Shown here: one piece after another, positions 39,726-49,122 of the stretch
Layout of the letters: the number at the start of each line of letters is the position of its first letter
Position numbering within the stretch: the stretch's first letter is position 1
Source: an uncultured Pseudomonadota bacterium
GTDB lineage: Bacteria; Vulcanimicrobiota; Vulcanimicrobiia; Eremiobacterales; Eremiobacteraceae
Reading direction: 5' to 3'
Assembly (NCBI GenBank): GCA_963736005.1
Contig: CAVTNB010000001.1
Coordinates: forward strand, 64,001 to 128,000
DNA: 64,000 nucleotides
Notes under the pieces: generated by a model
The model's input: only the letters and a program-made list of their open reading frames with translations
Databases searched by the model: none
What the model was told of the DNA's origin: nothing
Program-made: the position numbers and the translations under genes

Positions 39726-41381
39726 ATGAAAGCGCCGTTCGATGGCTTACCGCTCGTCGTCGGCGTAACCGGCCACCGCGATCCGCCGGCAGAGGCGGAA
39801 GGTACGCTTCGCAAACGTTTCGGCGACGTTATCCAGGGGCTCAGCACGCAGTACCCGTCGATGCAGCTTCTCGTCCTGTCGGGACTTGCGGCCGGTGCGG
39901 ATATATTGGCGGCAGAAGAAGCGCTGGACCGCGGCATTGCCGTGCTCGGATGCTTGCCACTGCCTCAGTCCGATTACGAGAGGGACTTCACGCCTTCAGA
40001 ACTTTTTCGTTTTCGCTCCGTCTTACCCCGATGCTGGGATGTCATCATCGTCGGATCGTCTGAAAAACGCGAGCAAAACTACGTCGATGTCGCGGACTTT
40101 ATCGCCTACTATTGCCATGTACTCGTGGCATTTTGGGATGGACTCCAAGCACGCGGACCTGGCGGGACTGCCGAAGTTGTCCACCTTCGAAAAAGTGGTC
40201 TGCCGGGAATCGTCGGCGACGCACTCGTGGCGTACGCGCCCGACACCGGCCCCGTGTTCCAGATCGTCACTCCACGCACGGATCGTCCGCCCCCTGCCGA
40301 GTGTTTCTCAGTGCACGCAAGTTACCCAGAGCGCCCGGCTTGGAATACCAAAGCTAGAAAATCCGAGAAAGTTGCGGGCGAGCAAGCATTTGAGCACGCC
40401 ATCGCGGATCTTGAGCGCTTCAACCGGGACCTCGGGCGCGAGCCTATACCCGCTGGACCCAGCGCACTGGCTGCCTTGCGCGACCGAACGGATGCAGCGG
40501 CCAACAAGTTACAGCGGGATACGGTGCGGTCGCTGCAAAGCGTGTACATTGCAACTGGGCTGGCAGGCGCCGCGCAGTTGGTGCTGCCCACTGACGGCTC
40601 GTTCAATATTCCAAGTTGGGCTGGCGTCGTCGCTAAAGTCGGATTTCTGGCCATCGCCTTTGCCGTGTTGGCGGTCGCCAAGCGGAACGACTTCGAGAAC
40701 CGGTACCAAGATTATCGCGCAATCGCGGAAGCGCTGCGCGTGCAATACGCGTGGTGTTGCGCAGGTGTGCGCACTCGTTTGGTGGAGGCATCCTACCTTG
40801 AGATGCAGCAAAGTGAACTCGAGTGGATCCGAATGGCACTTCGAACTGCATATTTGATTACCGGCACCGGGACTGCTGACGCCGGCGGCTCAGTGGAACA
40901 TCCCGAATGTGCGGGCTGGATCGATGGTCAACTTGAGTACTACCAAAAATCTGGAAGGCGCGAAGAGGAGCGCTTGCGCCGAGCACGATGGCTCATGATT
41001 GGCGCCGCAGCAGGGGGCGGTGTCATCTCGGCCGTTGCCGCTGTGTTTGCTTGGATGCTCTCCCACAACTTGCTCCCGATCGAGGCGTCCCAATATACGC
41101 AAACGTTGCATATGACGGCGTATTGGGCGACCATGCCCTTCGCACTGGGGAGCTTGTTCGCTCTTCTGATTCGCTTTTACATCCAGCAGCGGGGCTTTGC
41201 TGAGAATGCCCGGCGCTACCAGCACATGTTCGTGGTGTTCGACGCGGCGAAGAGACTGCTGCGCGAACAGATTCGCGATCCGCAAAGAGTCCTCGAACAA
41301 CTGGGCCACGAGTCCCTCTCGGAGCACGCAGATTGGTTGATTCTGCACCGCGAACGTCCGCTCAGTTTCGTGCACACGTAA
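39726..41381 (+). CDS. SLOG (YspA-like) domain fused to two SLATT-like 2TM modules
   Basis: VGVTGHRD, SGLAAGAD, VAFWDG..GGTAEVV; TM pair then YQDYRAIAEALR; second TM pair then E...W motif. Confidence 0.75.
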   Translation: MKAPFDGLPLVVGVTGHRDPPAEAEGTLRKRFGDVIQGLSTQYPSMQLLVLSGLAAGADILAAEEALDRGIAVLGCLPLPQSDYERDFTPSELFRFRSVLPRCWDVIIVGSSEKREQNYVDVADFIAYYCHVLVAFWDGLQARGPGGTAEVVHLRKSGLPGIVGDALVAYAPDTGPVFQIVTPRTDRPPPAECFSVHASYPERPAWNTKARKSEKVAGEQAFEHAIADLERFNRDLGREPIPAGPSALAALRDRTDAAANKLQRDTVRSLQSVYIATGLAGAAQLVLPTDGSFNIPSWAGVVAKVGFLAIAFAVLAVAKRNDFENRYQDYRAIAEALRVQYAWCCAGVRTRLVEASYLEMQQSELEWIRMALRTAYLITGTGTADAGGSVEHPECAGWIDGQLEYYQKSGRREEERLRRARWLMIGAAAGGGVISAVAAVFAWMLSHNLLPIEASQYTQTLHMTAYWATMPFALGSLFALLIRFYIQQRGFAENARRYQHMFVVFDAAKRLLREQIRDPQRVLEQLGHESLSEHADWLILHRERPLSFVHT

Positions 41382-41465
41382 TCTGGGAGACACGACGAAG
41401 GCGCACTCCAGGACTCTCCCAAAACCCGATGGAATCAATAGTTGGGTGTAACATCATCCATAAAT

Positions 41466-42980
41466 ATGCCGTTTCAAATTTTCGTTTCCTACGCGCGCAA
41501 CGACGACTTACCGCCCTTAGACGGCGAGGGTAAAGGCTTTGTCACAACGCTTCTGAAGCATTTGGAGTTTCACTTCACATCCTTCGGTGAGCCCACCCCC
41601 ATCATTTGGCGCGATAGGCGAGCCATCGCTCGCAGCGAGCAATTCGACCCCATCATTGAAAAGGGTATCAACGACTCGCACTTACTACTCGTCGTGCTCT
41701 CCAACAACTGGATTCACCGCGAGTTTTGCCGCCGGGAACTCGAGCTTTTTTCCCAGCGCTGGCGCAGCGAGGGAGAAGGGGCTGTAAAACAGCGGATCAT
41801 TGTTGTGGGCAAGAATCACATCGAACCCTCTGCGCGGCCTCCTCTCTTGCAAGGCCAAGAGGGCTATCTGTACTACGCTCCGGACGAAGACAATCCAAGC
41901 CGATTTCGAGAGTTTTTTGTGCGCGGAAAAGCGCGCGAAGAGTTTCACGATCGAACGCAAGAGCTTGCCGAAGATATTTGGCGGCGGGCCTGCGAGCATG
42001 AACAGCTGCCGATGCCCGATTCGACGGGACCTTCGTGGACGCCGATTTCGTCGAGCGGGCGCAAAATTTATCTCGCCAAGCCTGCTGCTGACATGCGCCC
42101 GGCATACGCGCGCTTAGTTGACGAGCTGCGCCAACGCGGCTACATTGTCGAACCGAAACCGGACGCCGAGATGCCGTCTGACGCGAGCGCAAAGGAATTT
42201 ATTCGAGGCGCGCTCGCCGGCACAGAGCTATCGATTCACCTGCTTGGTGAAAAGGCTGGTTGGACCCCCGAGGACTGCGAACCGATTATTCCATTGCAGC
42301 TCAAGATGGCGTCCGATGCGCAGTCGCGGCGTATCATTTGGGCGCCGCGAATACTCGTAGAGGAGCACTCTCAAGCTGCCGAGGGCACCGCGCGCGATCC
42401 TTTTGCCGTTCTTGCCAAGTTCGATCGCAAGCTCGACAGCGACACAGTCGATGGCAGCGAGATCAGCGCCTTCGCGCAGTTCGTCATCCAGCATCTCGAC
42501 AAAAACGTGCCTCCAGTTCCGGACATAGAGGCCATAGAGCCGAATGCGCGCGTCTACCTCTATCACCGGCCGGAGGACACACACTATGCAGTTGAAATCG
42601 CAAAGGCGTTGGCGCAGCGCGGTATCCAGCCGGTCTTTCCGGCCTTTGAGGGCGATCCGGCCGAGCTCGCTGCGCTCCATCGCCAGGAACTCGCCGAGTG
42701 TGATGCCGTCGTATTGTGTTGGGCAAATGCCGCGGAGGTGTGGGTAAAAAGCCAGGCTCGCGAACTCAAAAACTGGCGCGATCTCGGTCGAGACAAAAGG
42801 TTTGCATGCCGCGGTTTGGTGGCTGGACCGCCTCCAGGCCAACGCAAGGACCTGCTTGTGCAACTCCCGCCGCGCAACGAGATCGACGTCGTGGTCGATC
42901 TCACCGGCTCCGAAACTCTCGTTCCTGAGGCGCTTGACCCTCTGATCCGCGCAACCCAACCGCCCAAGGACGCGGCCTAA
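41466..42980 (+). CDS. TIR domain protein with two further TIR-like (DUF4062-like) folds
   Basis: IFVSYARND..LLVVLSNNW..FCRRELELF; then IYLA..LSIHLLG; then VYLYH..CDAVVLCW. Confidence 0.82.
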   Translation: MPFQIFVSYARNDDLPPLDGEGKGFVTTLLKHLEFHFTSFGEPTPIIWRDRRAIARSEQFDPIIEKGINDSHLLLVVLSNNWIHREFCRRELELFSQRWRSEGEGAVKQRIIVVGKNHIEPSARPPLLQGQEGYLYYAPDEDNPSRFREFFVRGKAREEFHDRTQELAEDIWRRACEHEQLPMPDSTGPSWTPISSSGRKIYLAKPAADMRPAYARLVDELRQRGYIVEPKPDAEMPSDASAKEFIRGALAGTELSIHLLGEKAGWTPEDCEPIIPLQLKMASDAQSRRIIWAPRILVEEHSQAAEGTARDPFAVLAKFDRKLDSDTVDGSEISAFAQFVIQHLDKNVPPVPDIEAIEPNARVYLYHRPEDTHYAVEIAKALAQRGIQPVFPAFEGDPAELAALHRQELAECDAVVLCWANAAEVWVKSQARELKNWRDLGRDKRFACRGLVAGPPPGQRKDLLVQLPPRNEIDVVVDLTGSETLVPEALDPLIRATQPPKDAA

Positions 42981-42983
42981 GAA

Positions 42984-45900
42984 ATGCGCCCGTTCCCGGG
43001 GCTTCGACCCTTTGACTTTGAGGATCGCGATTTCTTCTTCGGCCGTGAAGACCAAATCTATTCGCTGTACCGCCTGTTAGAGCACAGTCGCTTCATTGCC
43101 GTGGTTGGCAGCTCGGGAAGTGGAAAGTCGTCACTGGTTCGTGCTGGACTCCTACCGGTCATTGATGAAGAAAGCCAGGGCCAAGGCGGGCGAAAGTGGC
43201 GCTTTGCTACATTGCATCCGGGGGACGCGCCAATAAAGGCGCTGGCTTCTGCCGTCACATCGCTTGCCCAGGACAGCGGTGAAGACTCCGAAATTCGCCA
43301 CGAGCGTACGCTCTTTACCCTACGGCGCTCGAGCTTCGGCCTCGCCAAAGCACTAGACGAAGTTCCAAACCTTACCGGTAAGTCTGTGTTGCTCGTCGTT
43401 GATCAGTTCGAGGAGCTCTTCAGGTATGCCACAAGCTCAGCGCGCGACCGGGTGGCAGGTGCACTGTGGCGCGACGAGGCCACGAACTTCGTTCAGCTTT
43501 TGCTGGAAGCAACGCGTAGCCGATCCAGTTCCGTATACCTGTTGATCACGATGCGCTCGGATTTCATCGGCGACTGCTCGCAATTCCATGGCTTGCCCGA
43601 GGCGGTGAGCGCAGCACAGTTTCTTGTCCCATCTTTGACTCGCGATCAGCGCGAAGACGTTATCCGCAAGCCGGTTGAAAAAGCTGGCGCTAGCATTGAT
43701 TCGACCCTCGTTGAGGTACTCTTGAACGACGCCGGCAGTGAGATGGACCAGCTTCCGGTCTTGCAGCATTGCCTAGCGCGCTTGTGGGATCGAGCCAAAG
43801 CTGCGAGTGATGATGACGCGAGCCGTCATCTCGGGCTTACCGAATATCGCGCTCTTGGGGGCATCTCGGGCGCACTCTCACAACATGCTGACGAGGTCAT
43901 GGCTTCCCTGCCTGGGCTCGAGCTCGCGGTTGAACAGATCTTCCGCGCGCTCAGCGAAATCGACAAGGAGGGTCGCGCTACTCGCAGAGCGTTGCCGTAC
44001 TCGAGCCTCCTGGCGGAAACTGGAGTTGGCAAGCGCGACCTGGTACGCGTGCTCGATCGTTTCCGTGCCGACGACTGTTCCTTTCTCTTGCCGTCTCTTT
44101 CGGCGGTGCCGCTGCTTCTCGGCGACACACGAGTTGATGTGGTTCACGAGGCGCTGTTGCGGCGCTGGGAGCGCATTAGCGCAGAGCAACCACACATTCT
44201 CGACGGACGGATGCAAACTGGATGGCTTGCTGCGGAAGCCGCCGATGGGAGATTTTACCGGGCACTGCTTGCGTTGCTGGAAACCGAATCTGCGTCCAAT
44301 GCGGTAACCCTGCCGCTCGACCAAGTCGAAGCTCGTTGGCACTGGTGGAAATCGCGTCCGCGAACGGAGGCTTGGGCCGAGCGCTACGGTGGCCGCCTCG
44401 CGAGCGTTGAGAAGTTGTTCCAAGACAGTCTGGCGGCACTCGCGGCCGATCGAGCGCGCCAAGAGGAAGCGGAACGCCGCGAACGCGAGCAAGAGCGTCG
44501 CAAGATCGAAGCGGAAGAAGCGGCAAAGCGCGAGCGGTTGCAGCATGAAGCTGAAGTCGATCGGATGCGTGCAGAATCTGCGCAACGGCTGACCCACCGC
44601 ACTCGGATCGCAGCCTTCGCAATGTCCCTTGTCGCTCTCCTCGCGGTAGTCTTGGCGGTGTTTGCTTGGCATCAAAAGCAAGTGGCCGATGAAAAGACTT
44701 TTATAGCGATCGCTGCAACCGGTAAAGCCGGTACAGCAACCAAAATCGCACAGCAACAAAAGAAGCGCGCTGACAGAGAGGCGAATATAGCAACCACAAA
44801 AGCACAGCTCGCTGCGGTGAGCGCAGAGCATGCAATGGTTGAAACCAAGCTTGCCAAGGCAGCCCTCGCAAAAGCTCAGCAACAAAGTGAGTTGGCAGTT
44901 CAGCAGCGGAAGCTTGCAGACCAGCAGCGCACGATTGCACAAAATCGGACGGAGCAGGCCCTCACTGCACGCTCCCAAGTTTTTCTGCAAAGAGGTCGAC
45001 AGGCGCTGCTCGACGGCGATGACAACGACGCAGCTCTTTTGCTCGCCGCCGCGTACAGCGGCGACTCGCAGAATCCGGTTTTGCAGCTCTTGCTACAGCA
45101 AGCACTTGAGAAGCTGCAGATCCGGCCCAAACCCATTAGCGCTCACGATGACCTCATCACGGCGCTGGCATTCAACCCCGATAAGAACGAAGACCAGATT
45201 GCGACGGCGAGCACCGACGGTTCGGTTAAACTTTGGAGCGGCACTGGTCGTTTGATCCACGAGTTTCGAGATCAGAAGGATCTCATCACCGCACTCGCTT
45301 TCGATCCTTCCGGGCGATACCTTGTCAGTGTTGGTCGCGATGGATCTGCTAAGCTCCACGATCTTGCGGGTGTGACCCTTGGCTCCGATCCGCCAGCAAT
45401 AGCCCTGCTTGATGTGAAGGACCAACTCGAAGGCCATGTCGGGCGCGTCAATTCGGTTATCTTTAGTCATAGCGGCACGCGCATCCTGACGTCGGGCAGC
45501 GACGGCATGGTCAAAGTCTGGAACGCGACGAACGGCAAAATGCTTACGGAGTGGAATGGAGCGGCACTAGGTGTTGGAATCAACGACGCGTCGTTTAGCC
45601 GGGACGATCGGATTGTCGCCGCATGCGCCGCCGACGGTTCGCTCACGGTTTGGAATTCGGATACGGGCGCTCAGATTGGGTCGACAACCGTGTCGTCGAA
45701 AAGCCCGCTTGTCCATATCGCCATCTCCCCCAGTGGGAAAAGCGTAGTTGCGGGAGCACTCGACGGGACGATTTTATCTTTCGATGTTGATACCAAGCAA
45801 TCGAACGAGTTGCACTATCAACATGCTGCAATTAACGCAGTTTCATTCGATATGACCGGCGAGCGCGTTGTGAGTGCGAGCGACGACGGAACGATCCTTC

Positions 45901-47336
45901 TCCTCGATGCCGCAAGCGGCGAGCCGCAGAAAATCTTGCCAGCAAGGCCGGGTACGCCCGCAGCGTTAACTGCCTCATTTAACCCTTCAAGTAACGGCTT
46001 TGAGACAACGTACGCGGACGGCTCCGTCAATTTCTGGACGCAGGAGGGCGATCCGATCGCTGTGTTGCGCACACCTACGGGCGAAGCGGTCGTCGCGAGT
46101 TTTTCTCCGGATGGGAGTGTCCTCGCGACTGGCAGCGAGCATGGCAAAGTGTACCTGTGGCAGTTGCCTGCTGCGATAGCGCGGAATGACTTCTCGCATC
46201 GCGGGGCGATCGATTCAATTGAGTTCGATCGCGCTGGCCGCAGCATGCTGACGGCCAGTCAAGATGGGACTGCAGCGCTGTGGCGAGTCGAGCGAGAGCT
46301 CCGGATGCAGCGCGTCTTGCCTCACACACCTGGTCAGGCATGGGTCGTTGCCGCGCACTTCAGCGCTGACAGCCGGCGCATCGTCACAGCCGGCGGCGAC
46401 GCTGTGAAAATCTGGGACACCACATCAGTAGGTGCGCGCCCATTGACTACTATTCGCACAACGGGGCCGCTGAAGCGTTTTACGCAGGCCGCCTTCGTCG
46501 GGCGAAGCCACAACGTCATTGTTGCGCAAACCGATACGAGCCTGACCTCTCCTGTTTACAAGACGAATGGGTGGACGGTGTGGTCGGGCGACGGCGTAAG
46601 ACTCTTCAAGGAACCTGGCTGGCTAACAGGTATCCGGGAATTGGACCTAACGGACGACGGTAATTTCGTGCTTTCGATCAGCGCAAATGGATATGCGTTC
46701 TTTTGTCCGACAGACGGCGCGGATAGTTGTCGGGAGTGGACGAGTGCATCGGAGGGCATTTCGGCCCGCGACCGCTTTGTGGTAGGCGGAGCTGGAGGAG
46801 GGATTCACGTTGTTGACCGGGATGGCAATGAGATAAGCCATTGGTCGAGCGACGACAAGCGCGTCTTGGCCTTCGCGATCTCCGCAGATGACAAATGGCT
46901 TGCATCCGGCGGTACGGGAGGGTCGCCTGGGGCGATATGGGATCTTGCACAACATGGACAGCGGCACGTGCCCCTAGGAGGCGGTGCGGGTGAAATTGAG
47001 TCGGCAGCATTCTCGCCAGGCAGCGGGGTCTTTCTTTTGGGGACTGCCTCCGATGGAACCGCAAAGCTTTGGGATCGTGAGTCCGGAAATCTCGTTGCCT
47101 CGGTGTCCGTTCCGGGATCGCGTGCGACCGCTGCAACTTTCACGCCCGATGGTTCTGCAGTCGTCATTGGTGCGCAAAATGGAGGCATCTTCATCTGGCC
47201 TATTCTTGGACGCCTTTCCAATCCACACGATGTTGCAAAGCGCGTGCTTCGTGAGACCGATCGTTCGGGTCTTTCCGATCCGTTGGTAAGCCAAGCAATC
47301 GGCGTCTTACAACAGGCAGCACGAAATGGACAGTAG
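42984..47336 (+). CDS. nSTAND1 NTPase-TM-coiled coil-WD40 repeat protein
   Basis: PFPGLRPF, GSSGSGKSSLVRAGL, VVDQFEELF, TMRSDF, HEALLRRW; one TM; more than 10 WD40-like repeats. Confidence 0.92.
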   Translation: MRPFPGLRPFDFEDRDFFFGREDQIYSLYRLLEHSRFIAVVGSSGSGKSSLVRAGLLPVIDEESQGQGGRKWRFATLHPGDAPIKALASAVTSLAQDSGEDSEIRHERTLFTLRRSSFGLAKALDEVPNLTGKSVLLVVDQFEELFRYATSSARDRVAGALWRDEATNFVQLLLEATRSRSSSVYLLITMRSDFIGDCSQFHGLPEAVSAAQFLVPSLTRDQREDVIRKPVEKAGASIDSTLVEVLLNDAGSEMDQLPVLQHCLARLWDRAKAASDDDASRHLGLTEYRALGGISGALSQHADEVMASLPGLELAVEQIFRALSEIDKEGRATRRALPYSSLLAETGVGKRDLVRVLDRFRADDCSFLLPSLSAVPLLLGDTRVDVVHEALLRRWERISAEQPHILDGRMQTGWLAAEAADGRFYRALLALLETESASNAVTLPLDQVEARWHWWKSRPRTEAWAERYGGRLASVEKLFQDSLAALAADRARQEEAERREREQERRKIEAEEAAKRERLQHEAEVDRMRAESAQRLTHRTRIAAFAMSLVALLAVVLAVFAWHQKQVADEKTFIAIAATGKAGTATKIAQQQKKRADREANIATTKAQLAAVSAEHAMVETKLAKAALAKAQQQSELAVQQRKLADQQRTIAQNRTEQALTARSQVFLQRGRQALLDGDDNDAALLLAAAYSGDSQNPVLQLLLQQALEKLQIRPKPISAHDDLITALAFNPDKNEDQIATASTDGSVKLWSGTGRLIHEFRDQKDLITALAFDPSGRYLVSVGRDGSAKLHDLAGVTLGSDPPAIALLDVKDQLEGHVGRVNSVIFSHSGTRILTSGSDGMVKVWNATNGKMLTEWNGAALGVGINDASFSRDDRIVAACAADGSLTVWNSDTGAQIGSTTVSSKSPLVHIAISPSGKSVVAGALDGTILSFDVDTKQSNELHYQHAAINAVSFDMTGERVVSASDDGTILLLDAASGEPQKILPARPGTPAALTASFNPSSNGFETTYADGSVNFWTQEGDPIAVLRTPTGEAVVASFSPDGSVLATGSEHGKVYLWQLPAAIARNDFSHRGAIDSIEFDRAGRSMLTASQDGTAALWRVERELRMQRVLPHTPGQAWVVAAHFSADSRRIVTAGGDAVKIWDTTSVGARPLTTIRTTGPLKRFTQAAFVGRSHNVIVAQTDTSLTSPVYKTNGWTVWSGDGVRLFKEPGWLTGIRELDLTDDGNFVLSISANGYAFFCPTDGADSCREWTSASEGISARDRFVVGGAGGGIHVVDRDGNEISHWSSDDKRVLAFAISADDKWLASGGTGGSPGAIWDLAQHGQRHVPLGGGAGEIESAAFSPGSGVFLLGTASDGTAKLWDRESGNLVASVSVPGSRATAATFTPDGSAVVIGAQNGGIFIWPILGRLSNPHDVAKRVLRETDRSGLSDPLVSQAIGVLQQAARNGQ

Positions 47337-49044
47337 GCAACTTCAGCTTGCGATCGTTCAAATTGTGTGTGCGCTGCTTGCATCTTTGCTGGTCGTCGCG
47401 CCCGCACGCGCAGAAAAAGTTTCCTTTGACGTCACAACGTATGGCGATTTTCACATCAACTTTATCGATATACGTACGCAAGGTGGCCTTGGTATGGGAA
47501 TATCGCGTGTCTACAATTCTCTCGATAACGACAGAACAGGCAGATTCGGCAATGGCTGGAGCGCGCAAGCTGAAACCTACGTGACCGTCGAAGCTGACGG
47601 TTCTATCGTCATTCACGAATATGGTGGCGGTGCCAACAACGCCTTCCAGCCGACAACGCTGAGCCGTCGCGCATCAACGGACATCCTGAATGAGATCATG
47701 CGAGCAGCCGAAGAAACTGGTAAATTTGGCAGCGATGCTGATAGATTGGCATATCGCCAGTGGCTGGAGACCGACGACAACGAAGAATACGCGTGGGAGA
47801 ATTTTGCTAGCCTCGGCTTAGTGAGGCAACAAGATCCGCCAATCGGAGAAACGTTTTTTAGCGGCCGCTTCGATACGGAGTTCGTTACTCGGGTTCCCGA
47901 AGGTTATCAGCGGGAAATGAAATATACCGGCGGGGTCTTATTTCAGGCCTTTAATTTTGGGGGGCGGCTTACTCGCTACTGGGATACGAATCACAATTTT
48001 ATCGCCTTAAGCTACGGACAAGATGGTAACATTCAGGAAGCATTGGACAACGAAGGCGACCGATTCGCGTTTTCGACTAAAAACGGTCTCGTCGCTCGCG
48101 TGAACGATCCTCCTGACCACTTGGTGCTCTATGACTACAAGACCTCGAATGTTCCCTATAGCGGTTACGACCTCACATCGGTGACCGTGGATGGCAAGAA
48201 GACGCGTTATGACTACGATCGAAACGACAGAATCATCGCCATCTGGTATCCTGATAGCACGTCGATGCACATTACCTACGATCAAACCGGTAAGGCAACG
48301 AGCGTGAAAGATACAGACGGTACTATGACTACCTACAGTTACACGACCCGCAGAACTCAAATGATCGACGTCTCTACTTTCGAGGAAGACATACACAAGT
48401 CGAACGGCGAGATCCACCGCGATACATTCCAGTCGTTTTATGACCCTCCCGATTACTACAAGGATAAAGAAATCGAAACGGATGACGGAGTGGTGGTAAA
48501 AACAACAACCTATAATTCTAATGGTGATGAATTAACGAGCACAACAGCAAAAGGCAGCACTGAGTACGGATATGATTCGCTAGATCGCGAGATACTTGAA
48601 AAGGAGCCGACGGGCAGGACGCTCACATGGCAGTATGATCCTGCCACCGGCAGTGTCTCGGTTACCAACGAAACGGATAAGAATTCCGTTCTCACCGAAC
48701 ACTTTGAATATGACCCTCGAGGCAACCTCGCGCGGGCCTACGACAACGATGGACATGATTTTACCATCAACCATGATGAGCATGGGCGAATCGCCTCTGT
48801 AAGCGGCACGCTCCATCTGAGCTTTCAGTATCCCAATGGTCGCGCGCCAAATCCGACCACTGTGGCGCTCGATGGAGTTGATTCGGTGGGCATTTCATAT
48901 CTCCCAAACGGTGACGTAGAGAAAGCGCAGAGTCTTGGAGGCGCTGTCGTCGTCGATAAGGTCAGAGTAGCGCTCAAAACCGTGGATGACCTCATTTCAG
49001 ATGCCGGCTTCGACGTAGTCACGTTGCCCGCGACTAGCAAATAA
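47326..49044 (+). CDS. Exported DUF6531/YD (RHS-like) repeat protein
   Basis: Signal peptide; SRVYNS..FGNGWS; YDYD, YDSLDR, YDPRGNL repeats; overlaps the upstream gene by 11 bp. Confidence 0.85.
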   Translation: MDSRQLQLAIVQIVCALLASLLVVAPARAEKVSFDVTTYGDFHINFIDIRTQGGLGMGISRVYNSLDNDRTGRFGNGWSAQAETYVTVEADGSIVIHEYGGGANNAFQPTTLSRRASTDILNEIMRAAEETGKFGSDADRLAYRQWLETDDNEEYAWENFASLGLVRQQDPPIGETFFSGRFDTEFVTRVPEGYQREMKYTGGVLFQAFNFGGRLTRYWDTNHNFIALSYGQDGNIQEALDNEGDRFAFSTKNGLVARVNDPPDHLVLYDYKTSNVPYSGYDLTSVTVDGKKTRYDYDRNDRIIAIWYPDSTSMHITYDQTGKATSVKDTDGTMTTYSYTTRRTQMIDVSTFEEDIHKSNGEIHRDTFQSFYDPPDYYKDKEIETDDGVVVKTTTYNSNGDELTSTTAKGSTEYGYDSLDREILEKEPTGRTLTWQYDPATGSVSVTNETDKNSVLTEHFEYDPRGNLARAYDNDGHDFTINHDEHGRIASVSGTLHLSFQYPNGRAPNPTTVALDGVDSVGISYLPNGDVEKAQSLGGAVVVDKVRVALKTVDDLISDAGFDVVTLPATSK

Positions 49045-49122
49045 CGCCGACGCCTCAGCCCAGCCTTATTTCCCCGTAAAGGAGGCGTTCGTGAAGTTTT
49101 TGATTGGCGTAAGTCAGGCCTC

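Noticed and set aside
38387..42980. Canonical CBASS or Thoeris
   Set aside because: No CD-NTase, SIR2 or Macro domain was recognised; only partial component overlap.
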